In this document: piece by piece, positions 49,935-63,316 of the stretch
Numbering within the stretch: the stretch's first letter is position 1
Layout: each line of letters starts with the position of its first letter
Assembly (NCBI GenBank): GCA_020137815.1
Contig: CM035351.1
Location: 3,906,001 to 3,970,000 of the forward strand
Direction of reading: 5' to 3'
Source: Hormiphora californensis
Lineage: Eukaryota > Animalia > Ctenophora
Length of the DNA: 64,000 nucleotides
Position numbers and translations under genes: made by a program
Notes under the pieces: generated by a model
What the model saw: the letters and a program-made list of their open reading frames with translations, nothing else
The model's database searches: none
What the model was told of the DNA's origin: nothing

Positions 49935-51958
49935 TCAAACATCCTGATAGGGGGGTGGGGACAGTTAGATATATGAATTCGACGTTAATGTCTCGAAACA
50001 ACTATCAATTCACATGCGGGAGAGAGGGAGGGGTATAATTGGCTAGCTCTACAGTCGACCCATCTCTCACCGGGTAGGCGGACTCTAGTACTAACGGACT
50101 CTATATCTAAACCCAAGGAGGACTCTATATCTAACCCTAACCTTTACCCTAACCCCTAACCTCAAACCCAAATAACGGCCATAACACTTCTAAATGATTT
50201 CCGGCCGAAATCTCGAGTTCGCATTTCGTTGGAACTTAGAACATAACTAGGAGGGTTAGATGATAACTTACAGTGTTCTCAATTTGTAGGCTATACTCGG
50301 ATACATTATCCTGTTCCTGTAGTTTATACCCCTTGCCTTTAGTTTTAACCAAGGCCAACCGTGGCTTCGTCTTGCACAGCTCCTTGTATCCCTCATACCT
50401 GTACAGAGGGATTGTTAGGGACTGATAATGGTCGTCAGTTGACAAGCTAAACTAATGGAGCTCAACGGCCGATGCGATTAACATTGGCCTACCAAGTCCC
50501 CACTCCCCCAATGTCCAAAAAGTCGGCAGGTGTATACTTTTCCAGCGAATGGGAGGTAGCGCGCTCAGTAAGTGCTGACGGCTGTCACTTTTCAGCGCGC
50601 GCAGTGTACCATAACGAGTGATGGGATAAAGGTCGGGGCACTGTAACTTGTATTGCATACGATATGTTGTAGGGAGAGCTGCACAGCTATTATATAACAG
50701 GTCTGTGCAGCACATGAAGCCACAGGTGTTGATTCACACTCTGTTTTTAAAATCAAATTGCAATTAGAGACTTGTACACGCTCACAAAATTATGAATGAG
50801 ATTCAGCAGCCCAAATTACCCTGTACAGTGCTATTATAATACTACACGCAGCTGTCTTTTAATCGCTCATTTTTTTATATTTCTCTCTCTATCTCCCTCT
50901 CTCTCTCTTTCTCTCTCTCTCAAATCCCAGTTACGTCAGTGTGCAATACTTCAACCACATATCATGTACTTGAAGGGGGGACGTGAGTGTAAAAGTCTTC
51001 AGGTAGACCTCTATGATAATAGCATACACAGATAATACTACAGACAGCATGGCTGACAACACGGCTCCTGGAGTAGTGACTTTTGAAGAGACTAAGACAC
51101 GATAAAGAGTTCGACTAGTAAGAAGAGGGGACAGGTATGGATTACTTCTGCACTGACTTCAACCCTAGCTAGGGACGGTGCTTACCGTAAGGGTTTAGGG
51201 CGGCAGAGCATGTATAGGAGATTCCTGGCGCACCCTTCTGTAAAGGGATTATCACTGCTAGTGTACTTGTGTGTCACCTGTGTTAGAGAGTAATTAAATG
51301 GTTAGAGGGTTGTGTGGGAAATAATACCCTCTCTTCCTAACCCCTCTATTTCTTTAATTCTCAATTTGTACCACCCCTCTTCTCCCTCTCTCTCTCTTTT
51401 TCTTGCAGTTAACCCCCATGTTGTAATAAAATTGCAATTTCCTGGTATTGCTAAATCTCACAAGATTTTGTCACCAAACCGCGATTTTCTTCCACCCTGT
51501 ATTATAATGCTAGGGGGGGGGGGGTATGCCCCACACGGTATATCAGCATTTTGGTTAAGGGAATTTGTAGGTTATATGTATATAGTTATCAAAAAACCAC
51601 TTCACATCTGTTGGAGTGAAACTTTTTTGGTGTATGATCTGAGATCCTATTGGAGCACTATGTACGTAGAAAACCTTGGTTATAAGTCCTCAGCTCCAAA
51701 ATTGGCCCCCAAATGACGCTAAACTAATCGACTAGCTTTAAACGGTTTAATAATTGATTAATTTTGAATAATTATTCGAATAATTACCTTTTCATTTGTT
51801 GTGAGACCAAGGCGTATGAGGACAATGTGAAAACTAAGAAGCCCCAGAACAGGCACCAGGGATATGACGCAGAACACCGCCACTATCAAGCTGAGAGAGG
51901 TGTGGGAGTTAGAGAGAGGGAGAGGAAGAGGGCGAGAGAGAGAGAGAGAGGGAGAGGA

Positions 51959-52015
<57 letters not shown>

Positions 52016-52140
52016 TAGAGAGAGAGAGAGCGAGAGAGAGGGGGGATAGGAGTGTATTATTTTACAGGTGTGAATATGGTACCGGGGCACCATATAGGCT
52101 AACACATACACACGCCAAGAGAAAGAATAAAGCTTTCTCT

Positions 52141-52171
<31 letters not shown>

Positions 52172-55038
52172 ACTCTCTCTCTCTCTCTCTCTTTCTCTCT
52201 TTCTCTCTCTCACTCTCTCTGAGTAGGTAGACAAACATCCGGTTTCCCTCCGGCCAAGTCGTTTCATAGGCAGCGCACACCATCACATTATCCCACCCAA
52301 CCGTGACCCAAGTCAATAGTCATAATACATATGGGGTACATATTGTGTATTGTATATATGTGGTACATGATATTATATCTGTCAAGTGTGATCGTTCCTG
52401 AATAATATATAGGGTGTCCCATTATATATATTCTAAGTGCCGGTTAGAATACATGGAACACCCTGTATATATCAGGTTTGGGGTTGGAGGGACACCCATA
52501 TATCATAGGAGAATCTAAACGAGTTTCCAACTTGCCCCAATTAGTTCCCCTGTTTAATAAGCTCTTACCTAGCGATGTCTGACCAGAGCGGCTGGACGGT
52601 TGCACACCGGAGAATGCAGATTGAGAGGGTGAGTAGGATGTGAAGATTTAGGCAGGTGAGGAAGCAGAAGAAAAATTTGTAGTTCCTTTTACCAACACAG
52701 TTGTTAACCCAAGGACAATGGTGGTCAAAATTCTGAAATGTAACATTTAAATAATTGTACACTTGCATGGGAAATGTTACACATGATGTATGTAAATAAC
52801 ACAAGCGTGGGAAATAAGATGTGTGAACCGGTGATAAATACCGATGTCCGATAATAAGACCCAAAAATAGAGTTCACACGCTCGCAAAATACATATGCAC
52901 ATATTATACATATCTATGTAGTGTTTCTCACCTCTACACATCTATTACACACACTACAGTGTGATGTATTTCTCACCTCTACACATCTATTACACACACT
53001 ACAGTGTGATGTATCTCTCACCTCTACACATCTATTACACACACTACAGTGTGATGTATTTCTCACCTCTACACATCTATTACACACACTACAGTGTGAT
53101 GTATCTCTCACCTCTACACATCTATTACACACACTACAGTGTGATGTATTTCTCACCTCTACACATCTATTACACACACTACAGTGTGATGTATTTCTCA
53201 CCTCTACACATCTATTACACACACTACAGTGTGATGTATTTCTCACCTCTACACATCTATTACACACACTACAGTGTGATGTATTTCTCACCTCTACACA
53301 TCTATTACACACACTACAGTGTGATGTATTTCTCACCTCTACACATCTATTACACACACTACAGTGTGATATATTTCTTACCTCTACACATCTATTACAC
53401 ACACTACAGTGTGATGTATTTCTCACCTCTACACATCTATTACACACACTACAGTGTGATGTATCTCTCACCTCTACACATCTATTACACACACTACAGT
53501 GTGATGTATTTCTCACCTCTACACATCTATTACACACACTACAGTGTGATGTATCTCTCACCTCTACACATCTATTACACACACTACAGTGTGATGTATC
53601 TCTCACCTTTACACATCTATTACACACACTACAGTGTGATGTATTTCTCACCTCTACACATCTATTACACACACTACAGTGTGATGTATTTCTCACCTCT
53701 ACACATCTATTACACACACTACAGTGTGATGTATTTCTCACCTCTACACATCTATTACACACACTACAGTGTGATGTGTTTCTCACCTCTACACATCTAT
53801 TACACACACTACAGTGTGATGTATCTCTCACCTCTACACATCTATTACACACACTACAGTGTGATGTATCTCTCACCTCTACACATCTATTACACACACT
53901 ACAGTGTGATGTATTTCTCACCTCTACACATCTATTACACACACTACAGTGTGATGTATTTCTCACCTCTACACATCTATTACACACACTACAGTGTGAT
54001 GTATTTCTCACCTCTACACATCTATTACACACACTACAGTGTGAAGTCCTGGGTGGCCGGTAGAACTGGCACGTCTCACAGAACTTTAAGCGGATACTGG
54101 TATTTCGGATTACTACGTATTTAAATAGCGGGCTACGTAAATCATTCTCCGTATCCTCTGGGATTTCTGAAATGCAATGTCTTTGAAATATATCGATAGG
54201 AAGTGATCAAAGTGTCTACAATATCATATCTGACACCAAGGTTATAAAGAAATCTTTATTGGACACGCCCTTGATATCTCGATAACTTCTTCCTAATAGT
54301 GAGGAAGCAAGTTAGGGCGCGGTCGTGAGTCACGACTTCTACGATGCTGACGTACGTCGCGAGGTCGAGGCTGCGTAGCAGCCGAGACCGAGCAAAAATT
54401 TGCAGCCTAGCGAATAGAATCTTGCAGCCTAGCTGAAGGCTTAGAAAAATATTTTTTTAGATTTCTGAAATTCGGGGCACTGGGGTCGTGACCATAAAAC
54501 TGGATATACTAGATAATACTAGAGGGATTCTATAGAGTTGGATGGGGGAACGTACCTTTTTGTAAGACACCAGGGTCGGTAAAGGCCGTCTGAAGGTAGT
54601 ATATTACGGTGAACAGGAATATAATAACGGATACGACTGCAAGGGGCAGTATTTTTAGGACACCCATATCCAACATGAGTTGCCGTAACCTGAGATGTGT
54701 TGGAGTTACAAAATTAGATCACACCACCACTACAGAGTACTGTAACCGTACTTACTAACTCCCCCTCCCCGGCCCCACATATGTGTACATTTCCCTCTCC
54801 CTACCTGAGAACACAGCTCAGCTGATTGTACACCCCCCTCCCCCCCCCCCCGCTATTACTCACGTGAAGGCGTAGAAGACGCCACTGACAGCTACAAGGA
54901 TTGAAAAGGCAGCGAGAAAGAGCATGGCCCTACAGCAGGCGCCATCCCCTGAGCAACCCTTGAAGTTAGGGTCATCCTGAAGGTGGCTATGGCGAGCCAG
55001 TTTGAGAGAGGGGGCAGGAGCTGCTCTATGCCATGGTG
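49935..55038 (-). CDS. DHHC palmitoyltransferase, ZDHHC5/8-like; start codon not firmly placed
   Basis: Minus-strand exons 55038-54864, 54689-54556 (TDPG motif), 54166-54012 (DLRSPLFK...[25 protein letters not shown]), 52732-52569 ([21 protein letters not shown]), 51890-51788 (GLTTNEK), 51277-51186 ([10 protein letters not shown]), 50398-50272, 49943-49935. The product ends ...IENTDV*, a class I PDZ-ligand-type end as in ZDHHC5/8. Confidence 0.88.
52921..54045 (-). repeat. 45-bp tandem array (25 copies) derived from the ZDHHC exon/5' splice-site junction
   Basis: Unit (minus strand) GTGAGAAATACATCACACTGTAGTGTGTGTAATAGATGTGTAGAG = [15 protein letters not shown]. First donor at 54011, last at 52931; the 1080-bp difference is 24 x 45. 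Confidence 0.97.
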
Positions 55039-56687
55039 CTGTGGGAATAGGTCGTAGAGTAAGATCAGAAATGGGGACTAATATAGTATAGCAACCCACA
55101 CATAATATGTAATGATATCATAACGAAGCAAGCAACAACAAAAAATTCAAAGTGTCAACAAATTGATTTCTGTAGAGCCAACAAGACAAGATGAAATGGC
55201 AAATGGCAATATAAACATTAAACCGTATATTGAAACGTCTTAGTATTTACTTGTTCCGAGAACTTCTTAGTTTTAGATTTTGCGAACTGGTTCATGGTTG
55301 GGGTTTCGGTACCGCAACAATTCAGACAATTGATATGATTTGAAATAAATACACGGGTGGAACACAAATATGGATGCACACTCAACTATAGAAAAACATT
55401 GATAAAAAACGCCAACACACATGTAAGAACAGTTCCAAACTGTCCCTTGCGAGACACAGATACAGTTCCATAAAGTCAGTCGAAATATCATACCCCTTTT
55501 TTTGAAAGGTGATGTTTTGTTGATAATCTTAATTATATAGTTTCAAGTTGTCAGGAACCAGAGATACCGCAGAAATAATCGTTAACACCAGGGGTGAGAA
55601 GTGAGAACAGTTGAAAACAGACTTTGGTTACTCTGTGCGTATATTTTAGGAGTTGTGACCAACATTGAAGTACAATATGCAGGTCTGAAGCATCTCGTAT
55701 TTACCTGAGCAGACTGGTGCAACACAGTATGAGCTACACTTACAGCAACAATATTTTTTCGCTGCACAATATGAACAACAATGAATACAGAAGTCTGAAG
55801 ACAGAATATTAATTCACGATGTTTCTGGAAATCGTAGTGATAATTGAAGAGTAAGCACTAAGCACTAACCACTAAGAATTTAGGATAGTATTTTATCAAA
55901 ATTTTGAGAGAATTGGGATGGCGCCATACGCTAAGGGTCCAGTTAGAGATTTTGCGACCGAAGTTAGTTACAATGGTGCAGGCCCCTGCTGACACTGCTG
56001 CGCGCGCCACTCTAGATGCAAATCACATCGAAAACCCTGCTAGTCAACGAAGATTTCGCGCGCACAGGGACTCTCCCAGCTTGCGCCAGTTGCAGATTGG
56101 CTGCAACTGGAGCGTTAGGGTGATCACAATCCCACAGATGGACATGTACAGCGGGCTACAGTTGATACCGTGAAACAGTAATATGTGACACTAGAAGTTT
56201 GCTTAATTACAGCAGTCGGGACTCGGGAGAGCTGGAAAGAGAAAAGAAGCTGTCTTGTTCCAAAAAATCAAAAAAAGAAAAACTTAAATTTTTTTCAGGA
56301 TCAGGAGCATTTTGGAAGACACTTTTTGTGCGCACCGCGCGGTGCAGTGCGTACAAAAAGCGCGTAAAATATTTGCGCGGCTGAAAATAATGACGTCATC
56401 TCTTGCCTTCTGGCTATTTGCCGGTTTCAACCCAACCTCTAATCTTTACTCTTTACAGTTCTGCTTGTTTCAAACAAGGATATCCGGAGACATGTCAGGT
56501 ATTATATCGGTGGCACGGTGATGTTGTTGGGCAACTGCAAGTCAAAGTAAAACAGCGTTTATTCTTTTGCTCAAATAATGCGTTATTAAATATTAAATAT
56601 TCTGAGATAAATACTACACTTTCTCACTTCGCAGCTAGTCGGAGTCCTTTATACCCCTCACACTGACAAGTGGCAAAAAAGTCCAAT

Positions 56688-59600
56688 TTAACAAAGTCCA
56701 CAAGTGTGAGCACAGTGGCTGCTGTAACGTTCAGAGGCACACCACCCTTCACCAAGTTTACTCTTCCAGCGGGAACACTCCGGGGCGTCCTGCTTAAAAC
56801 AGTCACCTGAATAGAGAGATATTAATTCGAGGAATGAGATTCAGCATATAATAAGACTAAGAGAGGAAAGGGACTTTTCATCAATGCTGCAAAGTGTAAA
56901 ATCTTTCTGGCCTAAATTAAATGTAGCCAAAATTGGTCACTAATCATTGCTTTTTGAACGAGATTTATTGCCATGCTACGCAGTCTGTCCATTCGGGCTC
57001 GCATAAGCTCACACCGGGCCTTCGGCCCGGTGTGAGAGCCAACAGACTGGGAACATGTCAAGAAATTTAGGAAACTTTCATTATTGTTTAATTAATTAAT
57101 CATAACTTACGTTTTACAACTTCGATCTCAACTTCATTGGCCAGTACTTCAACTTCATTGACTTTGCAAAGTCCACAAGTGTGAGCACAGTGGCTGCTGT
57201 AACGTTCAGAGTCACACCACCCTTCACCAAGTTTACTCTTCCAGCGGGAACACTCCGGGGCGTCCTGCTTAAAACAGTCACCTGCAGATAATACAGAGAT
57301 ATTAATTGGAATTTGGAGGAATGAGATCCTAATTGTTTCAGTCCTGTAGATTTCACTAAAGATTCATTGAAATTTAGGAACTTTTGTCACTTCAAAGTCG
57401 GCCTACAGCAAAAACTATTCATATCCTATCAATCATAAGTCATAACTTACGTTTTACAACTTCGACTTCATTGACTTTGCACATCCCACAGGTGTGAGCA
57501 CAGTGTTTGTTGTACCGGTCAGAGGCACACCACCCTTCTTTGAGTTCCATGTTCCACCGGGAACACTCCGGGGCGTCCTGGGAACTGCAGTCAGCCACTC
57601 CGTGACCTGTAATACAGAGTTGTGGACATGGGGTTCAGTTAGGCGACTATAACTGTCATGCATTCCCTCAATTTCCCACCAACTCAGATTTGGGCGGGGC
57701 CACCTGAGCGACCAAAATAAAAATCCGAAATAGAACTCGTAGAGGCATTAACGCCATTTGCAATGATACCTAAGAAAATTCAGAGGACTTACGTTCTTCG
57801 ATCTCAACTTCATTGGCCAGTACTTCAACTTCATTGACTTTGCAAAGTCCACAAGTGTGAGCACAGTGGCTGCTGTACCGTTCAGAGTCACACCACCCTT
57901 CACCAAGTTTACTGTTCCAACGGGAACACTCCGGGGCGTCCTGTTTAAAACAGTCACCTGTAGATAATACAGAGATATTAATTATTGGAGGAATGAGAGT
58001 TTTTATTGTGCTGCAAACGTATAAGATCTTTCTGGCCTAATGTAGCCAAAATTGGTCACTAACTATTACTTTCATAATAAGCTTTGTTTAGTTCAAACTC
58101 ATTTAATTTTATTTTAAAAGAGGGTCGAGCTAGGCAACATCAGCTCAAGTAATAATAACTTACGTTTTACAACTTCGACTTCGACTTCATTGACTTTGCA
58201 CATCCCACAGGTGTGAGCACAGTGTTTGTTGTACCGGTCAGAGGCACACCACCCTTCTTTGAGTTCCATGTTCCACCGGGAACACTCCGGGGCGTCCTGG
58301 GAACTGCAGTCAGCCACTCCGTGACCTGAAATACAGAGTTGTAGAAATGGGGTTCAGTTAGGTGACTATAACTGTCATGCATTCCCTCGTTTGGAACGCT
58401 CAGATTAGGTTGGAGACACCTGAGCGCCACAAAATTATTTGTAATTAACCAGAATAAATGCCCAAAATAGAACTCGCAAATGGCAAACTTAGCAAATGAT
58501 ACCTAAGAAACAACATAGGACTTACGTTCTTCGATCTCAACTTCATTGGCCAGTACTTCAACTTCATTGACTTTGCAAAGTCCACAAGTGTGAGCACAGT
58601 GGCTGCTGTAACGTTCAGAGTCACACCACCCTTCACCAAGTTTACTCTTCCAGCGGGAACACTCCGGGGCGTCCTGCTTAAAACAGTCACCTGAATAGAG
58701 AGATATTAATTGGAGGAATGAGATCCTAATTGTTTCATTCCTGTAGATTTCACTAAAAATTGATTGAAATTTAGGAACTTTTGTCACTTCAAAGTCGGCC
58801 TACAGCAAAAACCATTCATAACCTAAATCAATCATAAGTCATAACTTACGTTTTACAACTTCGACTTCATTGACTTTGCACATCCCACAGGTGTGAGCAC
58901 AGTGTTTGTTGTACCGGTCAGAGGCACACCACCCTTCTTTGAGTTCCATGTTCCATCGGGAACACTCCGGGGCATCCTGGGAACTGCAGTCAGCCACTCC
59001 GTGACCTGAAATACAGAGTTGTGGAAATGGGGTTCAGTTAGGTGACTGTCATGTATACCCTCGTTTTGTGCGCTTGGATTAGGGCGGGGCCACCTGAGCG
59101 CCACAAAAAGTAGGCAAGCTGTACTAATTGACCAAAATATATTATATCCGAAATAAAACTTGCAGAGGCATTACGGGATTAACGCCATTTACAACCCTTA
59201 AAGGTTGACAAGATACCTAAAACTTTTCGTATATCGTCTTATTTTGATTTATCATTAATTTTCAGCATTTTTTCAGAATTTTTTGTCGGCTAGAAAAAAA
59301 TTCGAAATAGGGGGTCTACCGATATTGTCAGCACTGGTTTTACTGGGCACACTCACTGCGTCTCGCAAATTGAAATTCACGTTTCCGGTTCCTCAAAAGA
59401 TAGCTACTTGATCTTGGTTGCGTTGGATTGGTCTCAATAAGACCTTTCCAACGCTACCAAAACGGTTTCTGTATCTCATCAGGAACCGGAGATATTAGGG
59501 TATCAATTTTTAAATTGCGCCTCTCGTTTATCAGTAGACCCCCTATTTTGCACATATTTCTAGCCGACAAAAAATTCTGAAAAAATGCTGAAAATTAATG

Positions 59601-60032
59601 ATAAATCAAAGTAAGACGATATACGAAAAGTTTTAGGTATCTTGTCAACCTTTAACCAATATAATCAGGGAGGAAGATTCCTAAGAAACAACATATGACT
59701 TACGTTCTTCGATCTCAACTTCATTGGCCAGTACTTCAACTTCATTGACTTTGCAAAGTCCACAAGTGTGAGCACAGTGGCTGCTGTATCGTTCAGAGGC
59801 ACACCACCCTTCACCAAGTTTACTCTTCCAGCGGGAACACTCCGGGGCGTCCTGCTTAAAACAGTCAGCCATTCTTCTCTCGGGAGCACCTGAAAACAAG
59901 GATATCGTGTTAATTAGCTAATCAATTAATTGGGTTACGAGTTAACTAGGAGAACATGATCACCATGGTCACCAGAAACATACCGAGGACAAGGACGGCC
60001 AGTAGGGCAGCGGAAAGAGCAACTCGAATCAT
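56688..60032 (-). CDS. Secreted multi-ShKT (BgK/ShK-like) polyprotein precursor, 442 aa, 8 domains
   Basis: Exons 60032-59984 (signal peptide MIRVALSAALLAVLVLG), 59889-59704, 59005-58850, 58690-58526, 58325-58164, 57957-57793, 57606-57451, 57281-57111, 56806-56688. All internal exons are phase 1-1. Each exon after the first carries a 6-Cys C-x7-C-x11-C-x8-C-x3-C-x2-C ShKT motif. Confidence 0.9.
59202..59651. mobile_element. TTAA-targeting MITE (Kolobok-like AGG termini) in intron 2 of the ShKT gene
   Basis: TTAA at 59198-59201 and 59652-59655 flank AGGTTGACAAGATACC...GGTATCTTGTCAACCT; about 100 bp of near-perfect TIR. Confidence 0.8.
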
Positions 60033-60541
60033 GTTGTGTGTTGTTTGAGAATGCAGTGGGGTGCACGCTCTGATGCTCCCCCTTTTGTACCTCTCCTCAT
60101 GCACAATGGCCTTCGCCCCGGGACGACCCGGGACAATGGATTTCCGTGCACTTGAGAGAGGTAACAATACAGGGTGCTTAAGCAGGAAGGGTTGGAAACA
60201 AAGCTCTTGGGGACATGGGGAGCTGGGGCAATAAAAAACTCCTTTATTTAGAGCACCTTTTTGTTGCTAAAAAGAGGTTGGTTTGTTTTATCGAAGGGTG
60301 AAACACATGACCAGGATGGTATGTTGAGAGAGGGAGAGGGAGAGAGAGAGATATTATAGAGAGAGGGAGAGGGAGGGTGGCTGGGAGCAGTGATTATGGA
60401 CCGTGTTTTTCGGGGACACACCCAAACCTCTTCACTATATTATAATAAATGATATTGATTAAACACGCCTAGATTTTTGTACCAGCTACTTATAGTTGGC
60501 GATTAGAATTAAAGACCCCCTTACTACATTCTTTACTTTGC

Positions 60542-60583
<42 letters not shown>

Positions 60584-61046
60584 CTCTCTCTCCCTTCTCT
60601 CTCTCTCTCTCTTTCTCTCTCCCCTCCCCCTGTCACTTGGGAGGCTTGAGAGTGTTTTTGTTCAAGCCCGTGACTGTCTTCACGCGATAGAGTCACTAAA
60701 TAGTCCCCCCGGTTCTGATTGGAGTCTAATCGAATCCCTGTGCTCGGGCGGGAGCCCCGAATTGGTTACGTCTGAGTTTAAAATGTTGCAAGGAAGAGAT
60801 GTACTGCGGGGATGTGCTGGGGTGTGCTCGTATTGGAGGGTGATTGTCACATGACCTGTGAGTCATAGAGTATAGACACGATCCTCAATTAGGGAGGGAT
60901 CGTGAGGACACGAAAAAATCTTCATTACTACACGAATCGACGAAGAAAGATTGGGCCTGAACAAGCTATTGTTTGTTGTCTCTCACTCACGATCTCTCTT
61001 TCCCTCTAGCTTCGATCATGTTCTGGGTAGTTGAAGAAATTGAGAG

Positions 61047-61108
<62 letters not shown>

Positions 61109-62609
61109 ACTCATATAAATTGAATGTTCGAATCTCCTTCTTGATTGTAAATGGGTTATAACTGCACTCGCTATGCCAGACTAAAAATGACTAATAGGAC
61201 TCAAGAGGGGGGAGTAATTAAACTACATGACCCCCACTCTCTCCCAGCCGCCCCTCACACTGAATCAATTATAAGTTGACTTGCACTAGTTACAATATTC
61301 TGGTGATGTGATCCCTGGTATAGTTACTAGTGATCCTAGTTTAGAACAGTGATCCAGTGAGAGTGAGAGCAGTGGTAATTAGGTTAACCCTAATTATTGT
61401 CTTAGGGCACACGCCACAAGCTGCTTGCGAATTGGATAACTAGGTTCTAGTTTTTGACGTGAAATATCACCCCTCAAATAGTAGTCCACCCCCTCTACAA
61501 GGAGACATTGTTAAAGGGAGAAACTAATTTAATCTTCGCAGCCCCGTTTTCCTCTCAAACTGATCTTTTAGTAGCTCCTTTATGAAATTGCCAGAGTTTC
61601 CGGGGCCCCCCCTCTTTTTATTTGTTACAACCCCCACTTCAAACTCCTGCTTTATTCTCCTAGCTATATTGATTGATATATTGCTGTTGCTTCATGTCTG
61701 AGGAAGCACGTCGCATCCTAATTCTAGTAGTGCAGTGCTTGGGAGACTACTAAACCGTTAACCACCAAGGTTAAAGTCCCTATACGTTGTCGAGTAACAA
61801 CCAATACCAGGTTTCAGGAGGTTGTACTAAACCTAACTGGCGAATGGTTTAGTAGTCTCATGTTATATGCTGCACTGACGGGAATAAAAGCAAATTAGGG
61901 AGAATGGTGGGAAGATTCTGTGAGTTTTAGTTTTAGATTGAGTATTATATTCACAAGAGATTCTGAGCAGTGTCTACTCCCTTATTTTCTTATTCTCACT
62001 GTTCCTCTAAACTTGTAGCCCTCAATGTCTGTTCAAATTTCCATTGTGCACCATGCGTACTTAGTGAGTACTCACTATTCTAATCTAGCGCTTATTTGCC
62101 AATTGTATTCCACCAAAACCCGATTACTATCTGTTTTTCTAAAAACTCCCTCCCTCTTCTTGTCTCTGATTGGTCGAGACACTATAGCACACGATCACGT
62201 GACCTGCGAGAGCGAGCGAGAGATCCCCCTCCAGCTTCACTGCAGTAGGCGGATCAGTAGCGTGCTGCGTGAGGGGACACGCGCAAAGTGATACATAGCT
62301 AGTTGTGTCTGCACCAGTACAGATCATGTGATACATGTGTGGGGGCGTGAGCTGCTTTTGACCCCCACTGAGTATTTCAGATAATTGGGCTTGTTGGGTG
62401 ATCTGTTTCGGGTTGCTTGTTTTGTGACCGCTCTCTTTATTTCTCTCTCTTTGTGATTGTTGGTGCTGCATAGGTCTCTGTATTAGAATGAAGTTATAAA
62501 GCTCTAACTATGTTGTATTAATGGACCCCCTACTGTTTATTGTCTTGCATTCGATTGAGCAAATAATCAGTCATGACCTGAAAAGGTTCACGCCTCTCCC
62601 TTTCTCTTA

Positions 62610-63316
<707 letters not shown>

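Noticed and set aside
49916-49943. ZDHHC C-terminus RMFEEEEET* by skipping exon 50398-50272
   Set aside because: Possible as a minor isoform, but including the exon gives strong splice sites and the family-typical PDZ-ligand end TDV*.
52921-54045. CRISPR-like array or a separate repetitive protein gene (ORFs 52921-54063 +, 52961-54124 +)
   Set aside because: Units are contiguous with no unique spacers and derive from the ZDHHC exon/intron junction; the plus-strand ORFs are antisense read-outs of a stop-free 45-mer.
56624-59889. MTVLSRTPRSVPAG... and related repeated ORFs
   Set aside because: Alternative reading frames of the ShKT exons.
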